From Patescibacteria group bacterium (GTDB lineage Bacteria > Patescibacteriota > Patescibacteriia > 2-01-FULL-39-33): a DNA stretch of 32,000 nucleotides. The translations under genes and the position numbers were made by a program. Every line of letters begins with the position of its first letter. Position 1 is the first letter of the stretch. Positions 24,968 to 32,000 of the stretch are shown here, piece after piece. Below the pieces are notes generated by a model, which made no database searches, had not been told where the DNA came from, and saw only the letters and a program-made list of their open reading frames with translations. The stretch covers positions 210,001 through 242,000 of the forward strand of contig JBAZMW010000001.1 of the NCBI GenBank assembly GCA_041649575.1, in the 5' to 3' direction.

Positions 24968-26740
24968 ATGAATAACAATATACGCAACTTCTGTATTATT
25001 GCCCACATCGACCACGGTAAGTCCACTTTGGCCGACCGAATGCTAGAAATTACCGGCACAGTCAGTAAACGCGAGATGAAAGACCAGCTGTTGGATCAAA
25101 TGGATATTGAGCGAGAAAGAGGAATTACTATTAAACTCCAACCGGTGCGGATGAATTATCAGGGTTATGAGCTTAATTTAATTGACACGCCGGGTCATGT
25201 GGATTTTACTTACGAAGTTTCGCGCAGTCTAATGGCTGTGGAAGGAGCTTTGCTTTTGGTTGATGCCACTCAAGGGGTGCAGGCGCAAACCCTGGCTAAT
25301 TTGTATTTGGCCCTGGAGTATGATTTAAAAATTATACCCGTGATTAATAAAATCGATTTGCCTAATGCGCAGGTGGAAAAGACAGTCGAAGAAATTATAA
25401 ATTTACTGGGCTGTTCACGAGAAGATATTTATAATACTTCCGGCAAAACCGGTCAAGGAGTGGAAGAAATAATCAAAGCCGTTATCAGCAAAGTGCCGGC
25501 GCCCAAAAAAGAAGAAAGCCGGCCGCTTAAATGCTTGATTTTTGATTCGGTTTATGACGAATATCGAGGGGCGATAGCTTATGTCAGAGTTTTTGAAGGT
25601 AAGATAAAAAATGGCGACAAGATAAAATTCGTTTCCAATGATTTGCCGATTGAGGCGCTGGAAGTCGGCCACTTCGCTCCCAAGCATATAAAGGATCAGG
25701 AGTTGGCTGCCGGCGAAATCGGTTATATCGTCACCGGGCTGCATGAGGTGGCGCAATGCAAGGTCGGCGATACCATCACTTTGGCGGCAGACGAGGTAGA
25801 GGCCCTGCCGGGATATAAAGAGGTCAAGCCGATGGTCTACGCCGGAGTTTTTTGCAAAGACGGCAGCGATTTTTCTCGCCTCAGAGAGGCGATAGAAAAA
25901 TTAAAACTCAATGACGCCGCCCTGGCTTATGAGCCGGAAAATTCGCAGGCCTTGGGTTTTGGTTTCCGTTGTGGCTTTTTGGGGTTGCTTCATCTGGAAA
26001 TATTTCAGGAGCGGCTGAAGCGGGAGTTTGGATTGGAACTGGTAGTGACTGTGCCAAGCGTGGCTTTCAAGGGTTACTTCAAAAATGGCAAAGAAGAAAT
26101 CGTTTATAATCCGGCCGCTTTTCCCGACCCAACTTTTATCGAGCAGGTGGAGGAGCCGATTATGAAAGTCGATATCTTCACTCCCAAGGATTATTTGGGG
26201 GGAGTAATGCAGCTGGCCGCGGAGAAAAGAGGAGTTTATTTAAACACCGAGTATCTGGATGAAGATTTGGCGGTGATACACTATCATCTGCCTTTAACGC
26301 AACTGATTGTTGATTTTTATGACAGGCTAAAATCAATTTCCTCCGGTTACGCCTCGCTTAATTATGATTTTTATGGTTATCAGAAAACCGAGGTGGTAAA
26401 AATGGATATTCTGGTGGCTGAAGAAAAAGTGGAGGCGCTTTCAATTATTACTTACCAAGACACCGCCTATCAGGTTGGCAAAAAAATCGTGGAGATTTTA
26501 AAAGATGTTTTGCCGCGCCAGCAGTTTGTGGTGAAAATTCAGGCGGCAGTGGGCGGCAAAGTCATTGCCGCTGAAAGGATCTCGGCCTTAAAAAAAGACG
26601 TGACAGCCAAGCTCTATGGCGGTGACTGGACGCGGCGGGCCAAATTACTTGAGAAGCAGAAAAAAGGCAAGAAAAAGATGATGAATTTGGGTAAAGTGGA
26701 TATTCCCACCGAAGCCTTCCTGGCGGTTTTAAAAAGGTAA
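24968..26740 (+). CDS. lepA: Elongation factor 4 (translational GTPase LepA)
   Basis: 590 aa. NFCIIAHIDHGKSTLADR G1 motif, DTPGH, NKID, and a LepA-specific C-terminal domain. Confidence 0.95.
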   Translation: MNNNIRNFCIIAHIDHGKSTLADRMLEITGTVSKREMKDQLLDQMDIERERGITIKLQPVRMNYQGYELNLIDTPGHVDFTYEVSRSLMAVEGALLLVDATQGVQAQTLANLYLALEYDLKIIPVINKIDLPNAQVEKTVEEIINLLGCSREDIYNTSGKTGQGVEEIIKAVISKVPAPKKEESRPLKCLIFDSVYDEYRGAIAYVRVFEGKIKNGDKIKFVSNDLPIEALEVGHFAPKHIKDQELAAGEIGYIVTGLHEVAQCKVGDTITLAADEVEALPGYKEVKPMVYAGVFCKDGSDFSRLREAIEKLKLNDAALAYEPENSQALGFGFRCGFLGLLHLEIFQERLKREFGLELVVTVPSVAFKGYFKNGKEEIVYNPAAFPDPTFIEQVEEPIMKVDIFTPKDYLGGVMQLAAEKRGVYLNTEYLDEDLAVIHYHLPLTQLIVDFYDRLKSISSGYASLNYDFYGYQKTEVVKMDILVAEEKVEALSIITYQDTAYQVGKKIVEILKDVLPRQQFVVKIQAAVGGKVIAAERISALKKDVTAKLYGGDWTRRAKLLEKQKKGKKKMMNLGKVDIPTEAFLAVLKR

Positions 26741-26774
26741 TGGTCGTTATTGTTTTATTAGTCTCTTAAAATGA

Positions 26775-26808
26775 CCAAAAATTCAAAAACCCCCGGATTA
26801 ACGGGGGT
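26775..26808 (-). terminator. Intrinsic terminator of the 34-aa peptide gene, facing lepA
   Basis: ACCCCCG (26789-26795) / CGGGGGT (26802-26808). The T-tract is on the minus strand (TTTTTGAATTTTTG). Confidence 0.7.
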
Positions 26809-26833
26809 TGGGGCACGACTACTTAAGGGAAAA

Positions 26834-26938
26834 CTAATAGAACAGCGGCATAGCGGTGAAAAATAACATCGACAAAATCATTAAAAAAGCCACAATAATC
26901 CAAGCCACTCTCATTAATTGTTTCTTTTTCATTTTCAT
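26834..26938 (-). CDS. Leaderless small hydrophobic peptide (34 aa); not in the ORF track
   Basis: Translated by hand as MKMKKKQLMRVAWIIVAFLMILSMLFFTAMPLFY plus stop. The ATG lies 6 nt downstream of a TATAAT box. A terminator follows. Confidence 0.45.
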   Translation of the reverse strand: MKMKKKQLMRVAWIIVAFLMILSMLFFTAMPLFY

Positions 26939-26944
26939 ATTCAA

Positions 26945-26973
26945 ATTATAATTCTAATTTTTAAAAATGTCAA
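26945..26973 (-). promoter_or_regulatory. Promoter of the 34-aa peptide gene; its -35 overlaps the recJ start codon
   Basis: Minus strand: TTGACA (26973-26968), 17-nt spacer, TATAAT (26950-26945). The recJ ATG is at 26967-26969. Confidence 0.6.
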
Positions 26974-28721
26974 AAAATTGGCAAGTAATACCTAAGGTCA
27001 CCAAAGATTTTATTGATAAATTTCCCGAGATCAATAATGTCGTTTTGCAGCTTTTGGCTAATCGCGGTTTAAGCAGTCAGGAAGATGTTGACAATTTTTT
27101 GTTTCCCAATTACGAAGAGCAGGCCTTGGATCCGTTTTTGTTCAAGGATATGCCTAAAGCGGTGGAACGGGTCTTGCTGGCCTGGCAAAAAAAACAAAAA
27201 GTGATGATCTTTGGCGATTACGACGCCGACGGGGTTTGTTCGACGGTGCTGCTTTTTTTGACTCTGAAAGCCCTGGGACTGGAAGTGGAGACCTATATTC
27301 CGTTTCGAGAAGGAGAGGGCTATGGATTGAATACTAAAGTTGTTCAGCAATTTATCGAGCAGGGTTATGAGCTTTTGATTACCGTCGATTGCGGCGTGTC
27401 TAATAAAAACGAGATAGAAATTCTAAACGACGGAAAAGTAGACGTTATTATTTTGGATCATCATGAGGAGCCGATTGAATTGCCGTCGGCGCTGGCGATT
27501 ATTAACCCGGCCTTAAAGACTAGCGGCTATCCAGAGATTGAGCTCTGCGGGGCGGGTGTGGCTTTCAAATTCGTGCAGGCGTTGATGAAAGAACAGGAGC
27601 GAACCAACAGCCCCATAAAATTGCCGACCGGCTTTGATAAATGGCTACTAGACTTGGTGGCCGTGGCTACCGTTGGCGATATGGTGCCGCTAATCAAGGA
27701 AAATAGAATTTTTGTCAAATATGGATTGACTGTTCTAGCCAAGACCAAAAATTTGGGATTGAAAAAATTGATGGAAACAATCAACAATAAAACGGGGAGA
27801 TATGATGCTGAATATCTGGGTTGGCGGGTGGTGCCAAGAATTAACGCGGCTGGAAGAATCAAACACGCTTCGGTGGCCTTTAATTTATTGACCAGCAGCA
27901 GCAAGGAAGAGGCGGCCAAGTGGGTGGAAATTTTAGAAAACAACAATACGCAACGACAGCAGATAACTGAAAAAATTCTAGAACAAGCCGTTTATCAAAT
28001 CGGCGAAGTTAAAGCCGAAGAAAAAATTTTATTTGCCTCTGGCGACGAGTGGTCGGCCGGGGTGGTGGGGCTGGTGGCTGGAAAAATTTGCGATCGCCAC
28101 TATCGTCCCACCTTGGTTTTTAGCCGTGAAAAGGAAGGAGAAAAAATAAAGTATGTCGGCTCGGGTAGGAGCATCGAGGAATTTGATATTACAGCCGGTC
28201 TCAAAGAATGCCATGAATTTTTGGCTCGTTATGGCGGTCATCCCCAGGCCTGCGGCTTGACGATTTTAGGCGAGGATAATTTTAATAATTTCAAACAAAG
28301 AATAACGGCTTTAGCGCAAAAACAATTGGCTGGTGTGGATTTAATGTCCAGATTAATAATCGAGGCCGAAGTGAAGTTGGCGGATATCAATTGGGAATTG
28401 GCTGACGAGCTGGAAAAGTTTGAGCCTTATGGCGAAGGCAATAGAAAACCGCTGCTAGCGGCTTTTGGTTTAAAGGTTGAAAGAGTTGATACTGTCGGGC
28501 AGGATGGCAAACATCTAAGGATGATGGTTAGCCAGGACGACCCGCAAACTCCAATTCGTCCCGATTGGAAAAAGTTGATCGGTTTTTCCTTCGGGGATTG
28601 GTGCGCCAAACTCAAAGTTGGAGAGGAGATTGATATTGTTTTTGAGTTGGGGGTTAATGAGTGGAACGGGAATAGGGAATTGCAATTAAAAATCATTGAC
28701 TTAAAATTGAGTGAAAAATAA
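26967..28721 (+). CDS. recJ: Single-stranded-DNA-specific exonuclease RecJ
   Basis: 584 aa. DHH family motifs (GDYDADGV, VDCG, ILDHHE), DHHA1 region (GGHPQACG), C-terminal OB-like domain. Confidence 0.9.
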   Translation: MSKNWQVIPKVTKDFIDKFPEINNVVLQLLANRGLSSQEDVDNFLFPNYEEQALDPFLFKDMPKAVERVLLAWQKKQKVMIFGDYDADGVCSTVLLFLTLKALGLEVETYIPFREGEGYGLNTKVVQQFIEQGYELLITVDCGVSNKNEIEILNDGKVDVIILDHHEEPIELPSALAIINPALKTSGYPEIELCGAGVAFKFVQALMKEQERTNSPIKLPTGFDKWLLDLVAVATVGDMVPLIKENRIFVKYGLTVLAKTKNLGLKKLMETINNKTGRYDAEYLGWRVVPRINAAGRIKHASVAFNLLTSSSKEEAAKWVEILENNNTQRQQITEKILEQAVYQIGEVKAEEKILFASGDEWSAGVVGLVAGKICDRHYRPTLVFSREKEGEKIKYVGSGRSIEEFDITAGLKECHEFLARYGGHPQACGLTILGEDNFNNFKQRITALAQKQLAGVDLMSRLIIEAEVKLADINWELADELEKFEPYGEGNRKPLLAAFGLKVERVDTVGQDGKHLRMMVSQDDPQTPIRPDWKKLIGFSFGDWCAKLKVGEEIDIVFELGVNEWNGNRELQLKIIDLKLSEK

Positions 28722-28750
28722 ACAAGGAGTGTCAATGTTGGCACTCCTTG
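28711..28750 (-). terminator. Intrinsic terminator of island gene E; T-tract overlaps the recJ stop codon
   Basis: CAAGGAGTG (28723-28731) / CACTCCTTG (28742-28750). On the minus strand it is followed by TTTATTTTTCAC. Confidence 0.7.
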
Positions 28751-28793
28751 GTAAAGGACGGGTGGTATTCTGGCGTGGCGTTCTAGGCCCCCA

Positions 28794-29384
28794 TCAAGTT
28801 GCCGGCGGCAGCTTGATGGTGTAACTATTTAGAGCCGTGAGCAGTTCTTGAGGCGGGCCGTCGAAACCGATGGCTAGAATCTTTAGAACGAACGACTCTT
28901 TGTTTCGGAGCCACCAAGCATCTCCCGGGCTTAGCGGTTCTCTGGCGAAGTACTTGGCCAGGACGTCGATGCTCGCCTGAAGAGAAGAGAGCTCTTGAGG
29001 CAGGCCTTTCCTTGTCGGGTGGCCAGAGAGCTTGATCCGGCGGTCGTCCATAGTTATTCGCGCCTGGTAGTAGAGCTTGTCCCACAGACGGCTTGGCGTT
29101 TGGTAGTGAAATTTGCCCCACCAATAGCTGTTGTCGTCCGGCCGAATTTTTCTGGCAATCGGTAGCACTTTCGCCTGCTTGGTTCTTAGCCACCAGGCTT
29201 GTTCAGGGTACACAGCGTTGTCCTGAAAGTAGTAGTTTAGGATCTCGACCTTCCATTCGTATTGCGGGTCGGGTGGTGCCAGCGGGAAAAGCCGCGAGCC
29301 GGCCCAACCGCAAAGCACAACCTCGACAATCAGAAACAGCACCAGGGCATGACGATCCCTCATAGAAAGTTCAATTCCATTCAT
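28794..29384 (-). CDS. Island gene E; membrane-anchored protein with two WWL-motif repeats; paralog of 19476..19949
   Basis: GGAGG (29398-29394), 9 nt, then ATG at 29384. 196 aa. N-terminal anchor HALVLFLIVEVVLCGWAG. Internal repeats VEILNYYFQDNAVYPEQAWWLRTKQAKVL and IDVLAKYFAREPLSPGDAWWLRNKESFVL. Ends with KLPPAT. Confidence 0.7.
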   Translation of the reverse strand: MNGIELSMRDRHALVLFLIVEVVLCGWAGSRLFPLAPPDPQYEWKVEILNYYFQDNAVYPEQAWWLRTKQAKVLPIARKIRPDDNSYWWGKFHYQTPSRLWDKLYYQARITMDDRRIKLSGHPTRKGLPQELSSLQASIDVLAKYFAREPLSPGDAWWLRNKESFVLKILAIGFDGPPQELLTALNSYTIKLPPAT

Positions 29385-29452
29385 GGTTCTCTCCCTCCCT
29401 CGCCAAGGCGCGGGTGATTGAAGTTAGAAGCGGTCGACCGTCGACCGTCCTT

Positions 29453-29482
29453 ATTTTACAGTCAAAATTCTTAATTTGTCAA
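29453..29482 (-). promoter_or_regulatory. Promoter of island gene E
   Basis: Minus strand: TTGACA (29482-29477), 18-nt spacer, TAAAAT (29458-29453). The 5' UTR contains a tandem GTCGACC GTCGACC. Confidence 0.55.
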
Positions 29483-29542
29483 TTAAAATTATTAGTAAAA
29501 TATGGTATGATAAAAGAGACAAGGCGGTTAAAAAATCAACTT

Positions 29543-29947
29543 ATGTCCAAAAAAGCGATTCTCTATACGGATGGGGGAGCAAGAGGCAATCCGGGACCGG
29601 CCGGTATCGGCGGGGTTTTAAAGCTGGGGGAAAGAATTGAAAAATTCAAAAAATATATCGGTGAAGCGACCAATAACCAGGCGGAATACTGGGCTTTGAT
29701 TTTGGGTTTGGAAAAAGCCAAGGATTTGGGAGTGGAAGAACTCGATTGCTTTTTGGATTCGGAACTGGTGGTCAAACAATTAAATAAAGAATACAGGGTA
29801 AAAGACAAAGATTTGGCGCCGTTGTTTGTGAAGGTCTGGAATTTGTCTGTAAATTTTAAAAAAATAACTTTCAAACATATTTTTCGTGAACAAAATAAAT
29901 TGGCAGACAAATTGGTTAATGAGGCCATTGATGGCCGAGAAGATTAA
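29543..29947 (+). CDS. rnhA: Ribonuclease HI
   Basis: Start chosen at MSKKAILYTDGGARGNPGPAGIG; the ORF track extends to 29414. Contains the DEDD-type RNase H motifs (TNNQAEY, DSELVV...). Confidence 0.85.
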   Translation: MSKKAILYTDGGARGNPGPAGIGGVLKLGERIEKFKKYIGEATNNQAEYWALILGLEKAKDLGVEELDCFLDSELVVKQLNKEYRVKDKDLAPLFVKVWNLSVNFKKITFKHIFREQNKLADKLVNEAIDGRED

Positions 29948-29961
29948 AGCAAAAAATAATT

Positions 29962-29999
29962 TAAAAAACAAAAACCCCGCTGTTGGCGGGGATTTTGTT
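29962..29999. terminator. Bidirectional terminator shared by rnhA (+) and rnpB (-)
   Basis: CCCCGC (29975-29980) / GCGGGG (29986-29991) with a 5-nt loop. ATTTTGTT follows on +; TTTTTGTTTTTT follows on -. Confidence 0.8.
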
Positions 30000-30403
30000 A
30001 TCCAAACGGGCCTATAAGCCGAATTCTGTATCCCGATGAAAATCGGGATGATGATCATCTATCTGTTCTCGGCATTGCTGCCGGAATCAAGCTCCCTACT
30101 AAATTTGGGATTGCACCAGGTAGAGTTTACCACGGGCTCTCTGTCGCCAGAGGCCGAGTGACGTAGTTTTAATTTAAGGAGATATCTCTTGCTTAATTTA
30201 AAACATCATCACACTTTTCACCTTTCATCCCGCTAACAGCAGGATTAGTATTGTCTCTGTGGAACTGGTCCTCTTCGGCCGTCGCCAGCCGAAGGGTGGG
30301 CGTTACCCACTACCATGACATTGATCTTTTTAAGAATCAAAGAGTGTTCGGACTTTCCTCCCCGATAAAGTATCAGGGCAATCATCCAACCCGTTTGGAT
30401 AAA
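29997..30403 (-). ncRNA. rnpB: RNase P RNA (bacterial type)
   Basis: Read on the minus strand. P1 pairs TATCCAAACGGG with CCCGTTTGGATA. Conserved GGGGAGGAAAGTCCGAACAC (the P4 5' strand) and ACAGAATTCGGCTTATAGGCCCG (the P4 3' strand) are present. Preceded by a promoter and followed by a terminator. Confidence 0.9.
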
Positions 30404-30407
30404 CAGA

Positions 30408-30436
30408 ATGGTAGCAAATAATTTTATTTTTGTCAA
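30408..30436 (-). promoter_or_regulatory. Promoter of rnpB
   Basis: Minus strand: TTGACA (30436-30431), 17-nt spacer ending in TGC, TACCAT (30413-30408). Confidence 0.7.
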
Positions 30437-30441
30437 TGGGC

Positions 30442-30470
30442 TTTCAAAAATACGATAACCTTGTTATTAT
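30442..30470 (+). promoter_or_regulatory. Candidate promoter of a small RNA / leader
   Basis: TTTCAA (30442-30447), 17-nt spacer ending in TGT, TATTAT (30465-30470). Confidence 0.4.
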
Positions 30471-30476
30471 TAGTTT

Positions 30477-30609
30477 ACTGGTGGGAGCGCCTACGCCCTG
30501 CCAGTTGAAATAGCCGCTAGTTGAGTTGGGCACGGGCTGGTTCATCGCCGACTCTTTAAGCTTTAGTAGTGATAAGCGAACGGGCTACTAGCGGCCCTTT
30601 TTTATTTTT
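30477..30609 (+). ncRNA. Candidate ~130-nt structured sRNA or cis-regulatory leader upstream of the sugar transferase gene
   Basis: 12-bp hairpin at 30477-30505. A 9-bp closing stem GCCGCTAGT (30513-30521) / ACTAGCGGC (30587-30595) encloses at least two sub-hairpins. It is followed by CCTTTTTTATTTTT. Confidence 0.35.
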
Positions 30610-30655
30610 GACAAAATGGTTTTTTTATGATAGGCTCTTTTGTTAAAATTAATTT

Positions 30656-32000
30656 ATGAAACGTTCGGAAATCGCTATCTCGGCCAGCCTGGTGCCCATT
30701 GATTATCTGATGATTATCTTGGCTGGGATAGTCTCTTATTATATTCGTTTTTGGGAGCCGGTAAAAAACATTCGGCCGGTGGTTTTTAATCTGTCTTTCA
30801 ATGCCTTTTTAAGCTATTTGTTTTTAATCGCTTTCATTTGGCTGATCAGCTTCGCTTTGGCCGGATTGTATTCGATGCGAGGCACACGTCGGACTATCGA
30901 TGAGATTTCGAAAATAGTTCTGGGCTGCTCAACGGCAGTAATGATTTTGATGTTTGTCTTTTTTTTCAGTCGCAATCTTTTTGACTCCCGCTTTATTATC
31001 TTGGCCGGCTGGCTGTTTAGCATAATTTTTATTCTCATCGGTCGGGGGCTGGTGCGCACCGTTCAGCGTCGGCTCTATGGTTTTAATATCGGGACGCACC
31101 GTGTGATTATCATTGGCAAAGGAGCCGTAGCCGAGGAAGTGGCCAGTAATTTTAACAAAGACATAAAAGCGGGTTTTAAGGTGGTTGATCAGTTTGCGGA
31201 TTTCAGCGAGGTGGTGGAGAGCCAATTGCAACTAATGGTCAAAGACGATAAGTTTGATGAAATTTTGGTAGCTACGCCCAATCTTTCCCCGGAAACCCTA
31301 GAAAGAATTAATGATTTTTCTTATATAAATCATGTGGCCTTGAAGTATGTGGCCGATATTTTTGAATTTCCTATTAATAATTTTGAAATTAATAACATTT
31401 CCGGACTGCCAATAGTGGAAGTAAAAAAAACCAGCCTGGATGGCTGGGGCCGGATTTCCAAAAGAGTTTTTGATTTAATTATTTCAACCATAATTATTGT
31501 TGTCTTATCGCCAATATTTCTGCTAACGGCCTTAGCTATTAAGCTGGATTCGCGCGGTTCGGTGTTTTTTACCTATCGCCGTATCGGCGAGCAGGGCCGA
31601 GAGTTCAGTTATTTCAAGTTTCGTTCAATGATTAGTGATGCTCATAAATATCGTTTTGACGAAGAATTCCTGAAAGAGCACCAAAACTTGCGCGCTGGCA
31701 CGCCAATGATGAAATTCAAAGACGATCCGCGCATTACCCGAGTGGGAAAAGTCATCCGTCGTTTCAGTATTGACGAGTTGCCCGAGCTGTTTAATGTTTT
31801 TATTGGCAAGATGAGCCTGGTGGGGCCAAGGCCGCATGAGATAGAAGAAGTGGCTCGGTATCAGAATTATCACCGCAAGGTTCTGACTATCAAGCCGGGT
31901 ATGACTGGCATGGCCCAGGTCTCGGGCCGGAGCGATTTGAATTTTGACGAAGAAGTCCGGCTGGATGTTTGGTATATGGAAAATTGGAGCTTGAAACTGG
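30656..32000 (+). CDS. Polyprenyl-phosphate glycosyl-phosphotransferase (WbaP/bacterial sugar transferase family); 3' end beyond the window
   Basis: Not in the ORF track because there is no stop within the window. Translated by hand from ATG 30656: MKRSEIAISASLVPIDYLMIILAG..., several TM segments, then DSRGSVFF...KFRSM...DPRITRVG...DELPELFNVFIGKMSLVGPRP...KPGMTGMAQV. Confidence 0.85.
   Translation, partial: MKRSEIAISASLVPIDYLMIILAGIVSYYIRFWEPVKNIRPVVFNLSFNAFLSYLFLIAFIWLISFALAGLYSMRGTRRTIDEISKIVLGCSTAVMILMFVFFFSRNLFDSRFIILAGWLFSIIFILIGRGLVRTVQRRLYGFNIGTHRVIIIGKGAVAEEVASNFNKDIKAGFKVVDQFADFSEVVESQLQLMVKDDKFDEILVATPNLSPETLERINDFSYINHVALKYVADIFEFPINNFEINNISGLPIVEVKKTSLDGWGRISKRVFDLIISTIIIVVLSPIFLLTALAIKLDSRGSVFFTYRRIGEQGREFSYFKFRSMISDAHKYRFDEEFLKEHQNLRAGTPMMKFKDDPRITRVGKVIRRFSIDELPELFNVFIGKMSLVGPRPHEIEEVARYQNYHRKVLTIKPGMTGMAQVSGRSDLNFDEEVRLDVWYMENWSLKL

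Noticed and set aside
29780-30436. Minus-strand ORFs 29780..30058 and 30245..30436
   Set aside because: They lie inside or overlap the RNase P RNA gene, where the conserved GAGGAAAGTCC and ACAGAAT..GGCTTA elements are present, and the rnhA 3' end. They are spurious.

Overview
This 32-kb window looks like a chromosomal segment from a streamlined, moderately AT-rich bacterium. From gene content and repeat types I infer it is Patescibacteria/CPR-like; this is not verified. Nearly all recognisable housekeeping genes are on the + strand: beta-CASP RNase, SIMPL protein, tRNA-Ala/tRNA-Val, polysaccharide deacetylase, uvrB, uvrA, uvrC, tsaC, PfkB kinase, ppdK, ADP-forming acetyl-CoA synthetase, murJ, lepA, recJ, rnhA and a WbaP-like sugar transferase that runs off the window end and is absent from the ORF track. 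None of these has a recognisable Shine-Dalgarno (SD) site, and at least one is leaderless. The gaps between them hold compact minus-strand transcription units. Each has a near-consensus TTGACA-17-TAnnnT promoter, often with an extended TGn -10, and usually an intrinsic terminator. One unit is RNase P RNA (rnpB). One is a ~237-nt structured RNA I cannot assign. Seven are small protein genes that look more GC-rich and, unlike the + strand genes, carry strong SD sites 7-9 nt upstream of the start. Two of these proteins are paralogs sharing a WWL repeat module, and four end in an LPP[P/A] motif. Other features worth noting: an odd tRNA locus where tRNA-Ala sits inside a 12-bp flanking helix between tRNA-half-like sequences; a family of nested palindromic repeats, one inserted in-frame (36 codons) in uvrA; a ~190-nt composite hairpin element present twice in opposite orientation; divergent promoters sharing one TTTGTCAA -35 box; a leaderless 34-aa hydrophobic peptide gene; and a candidate sRNA upstream of the sugar transferase. 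No CRISPR array, transposase, integrase or rRNA was seen. All calls come from reading the sequence and ORF track by eye. No database search or folding program was run.
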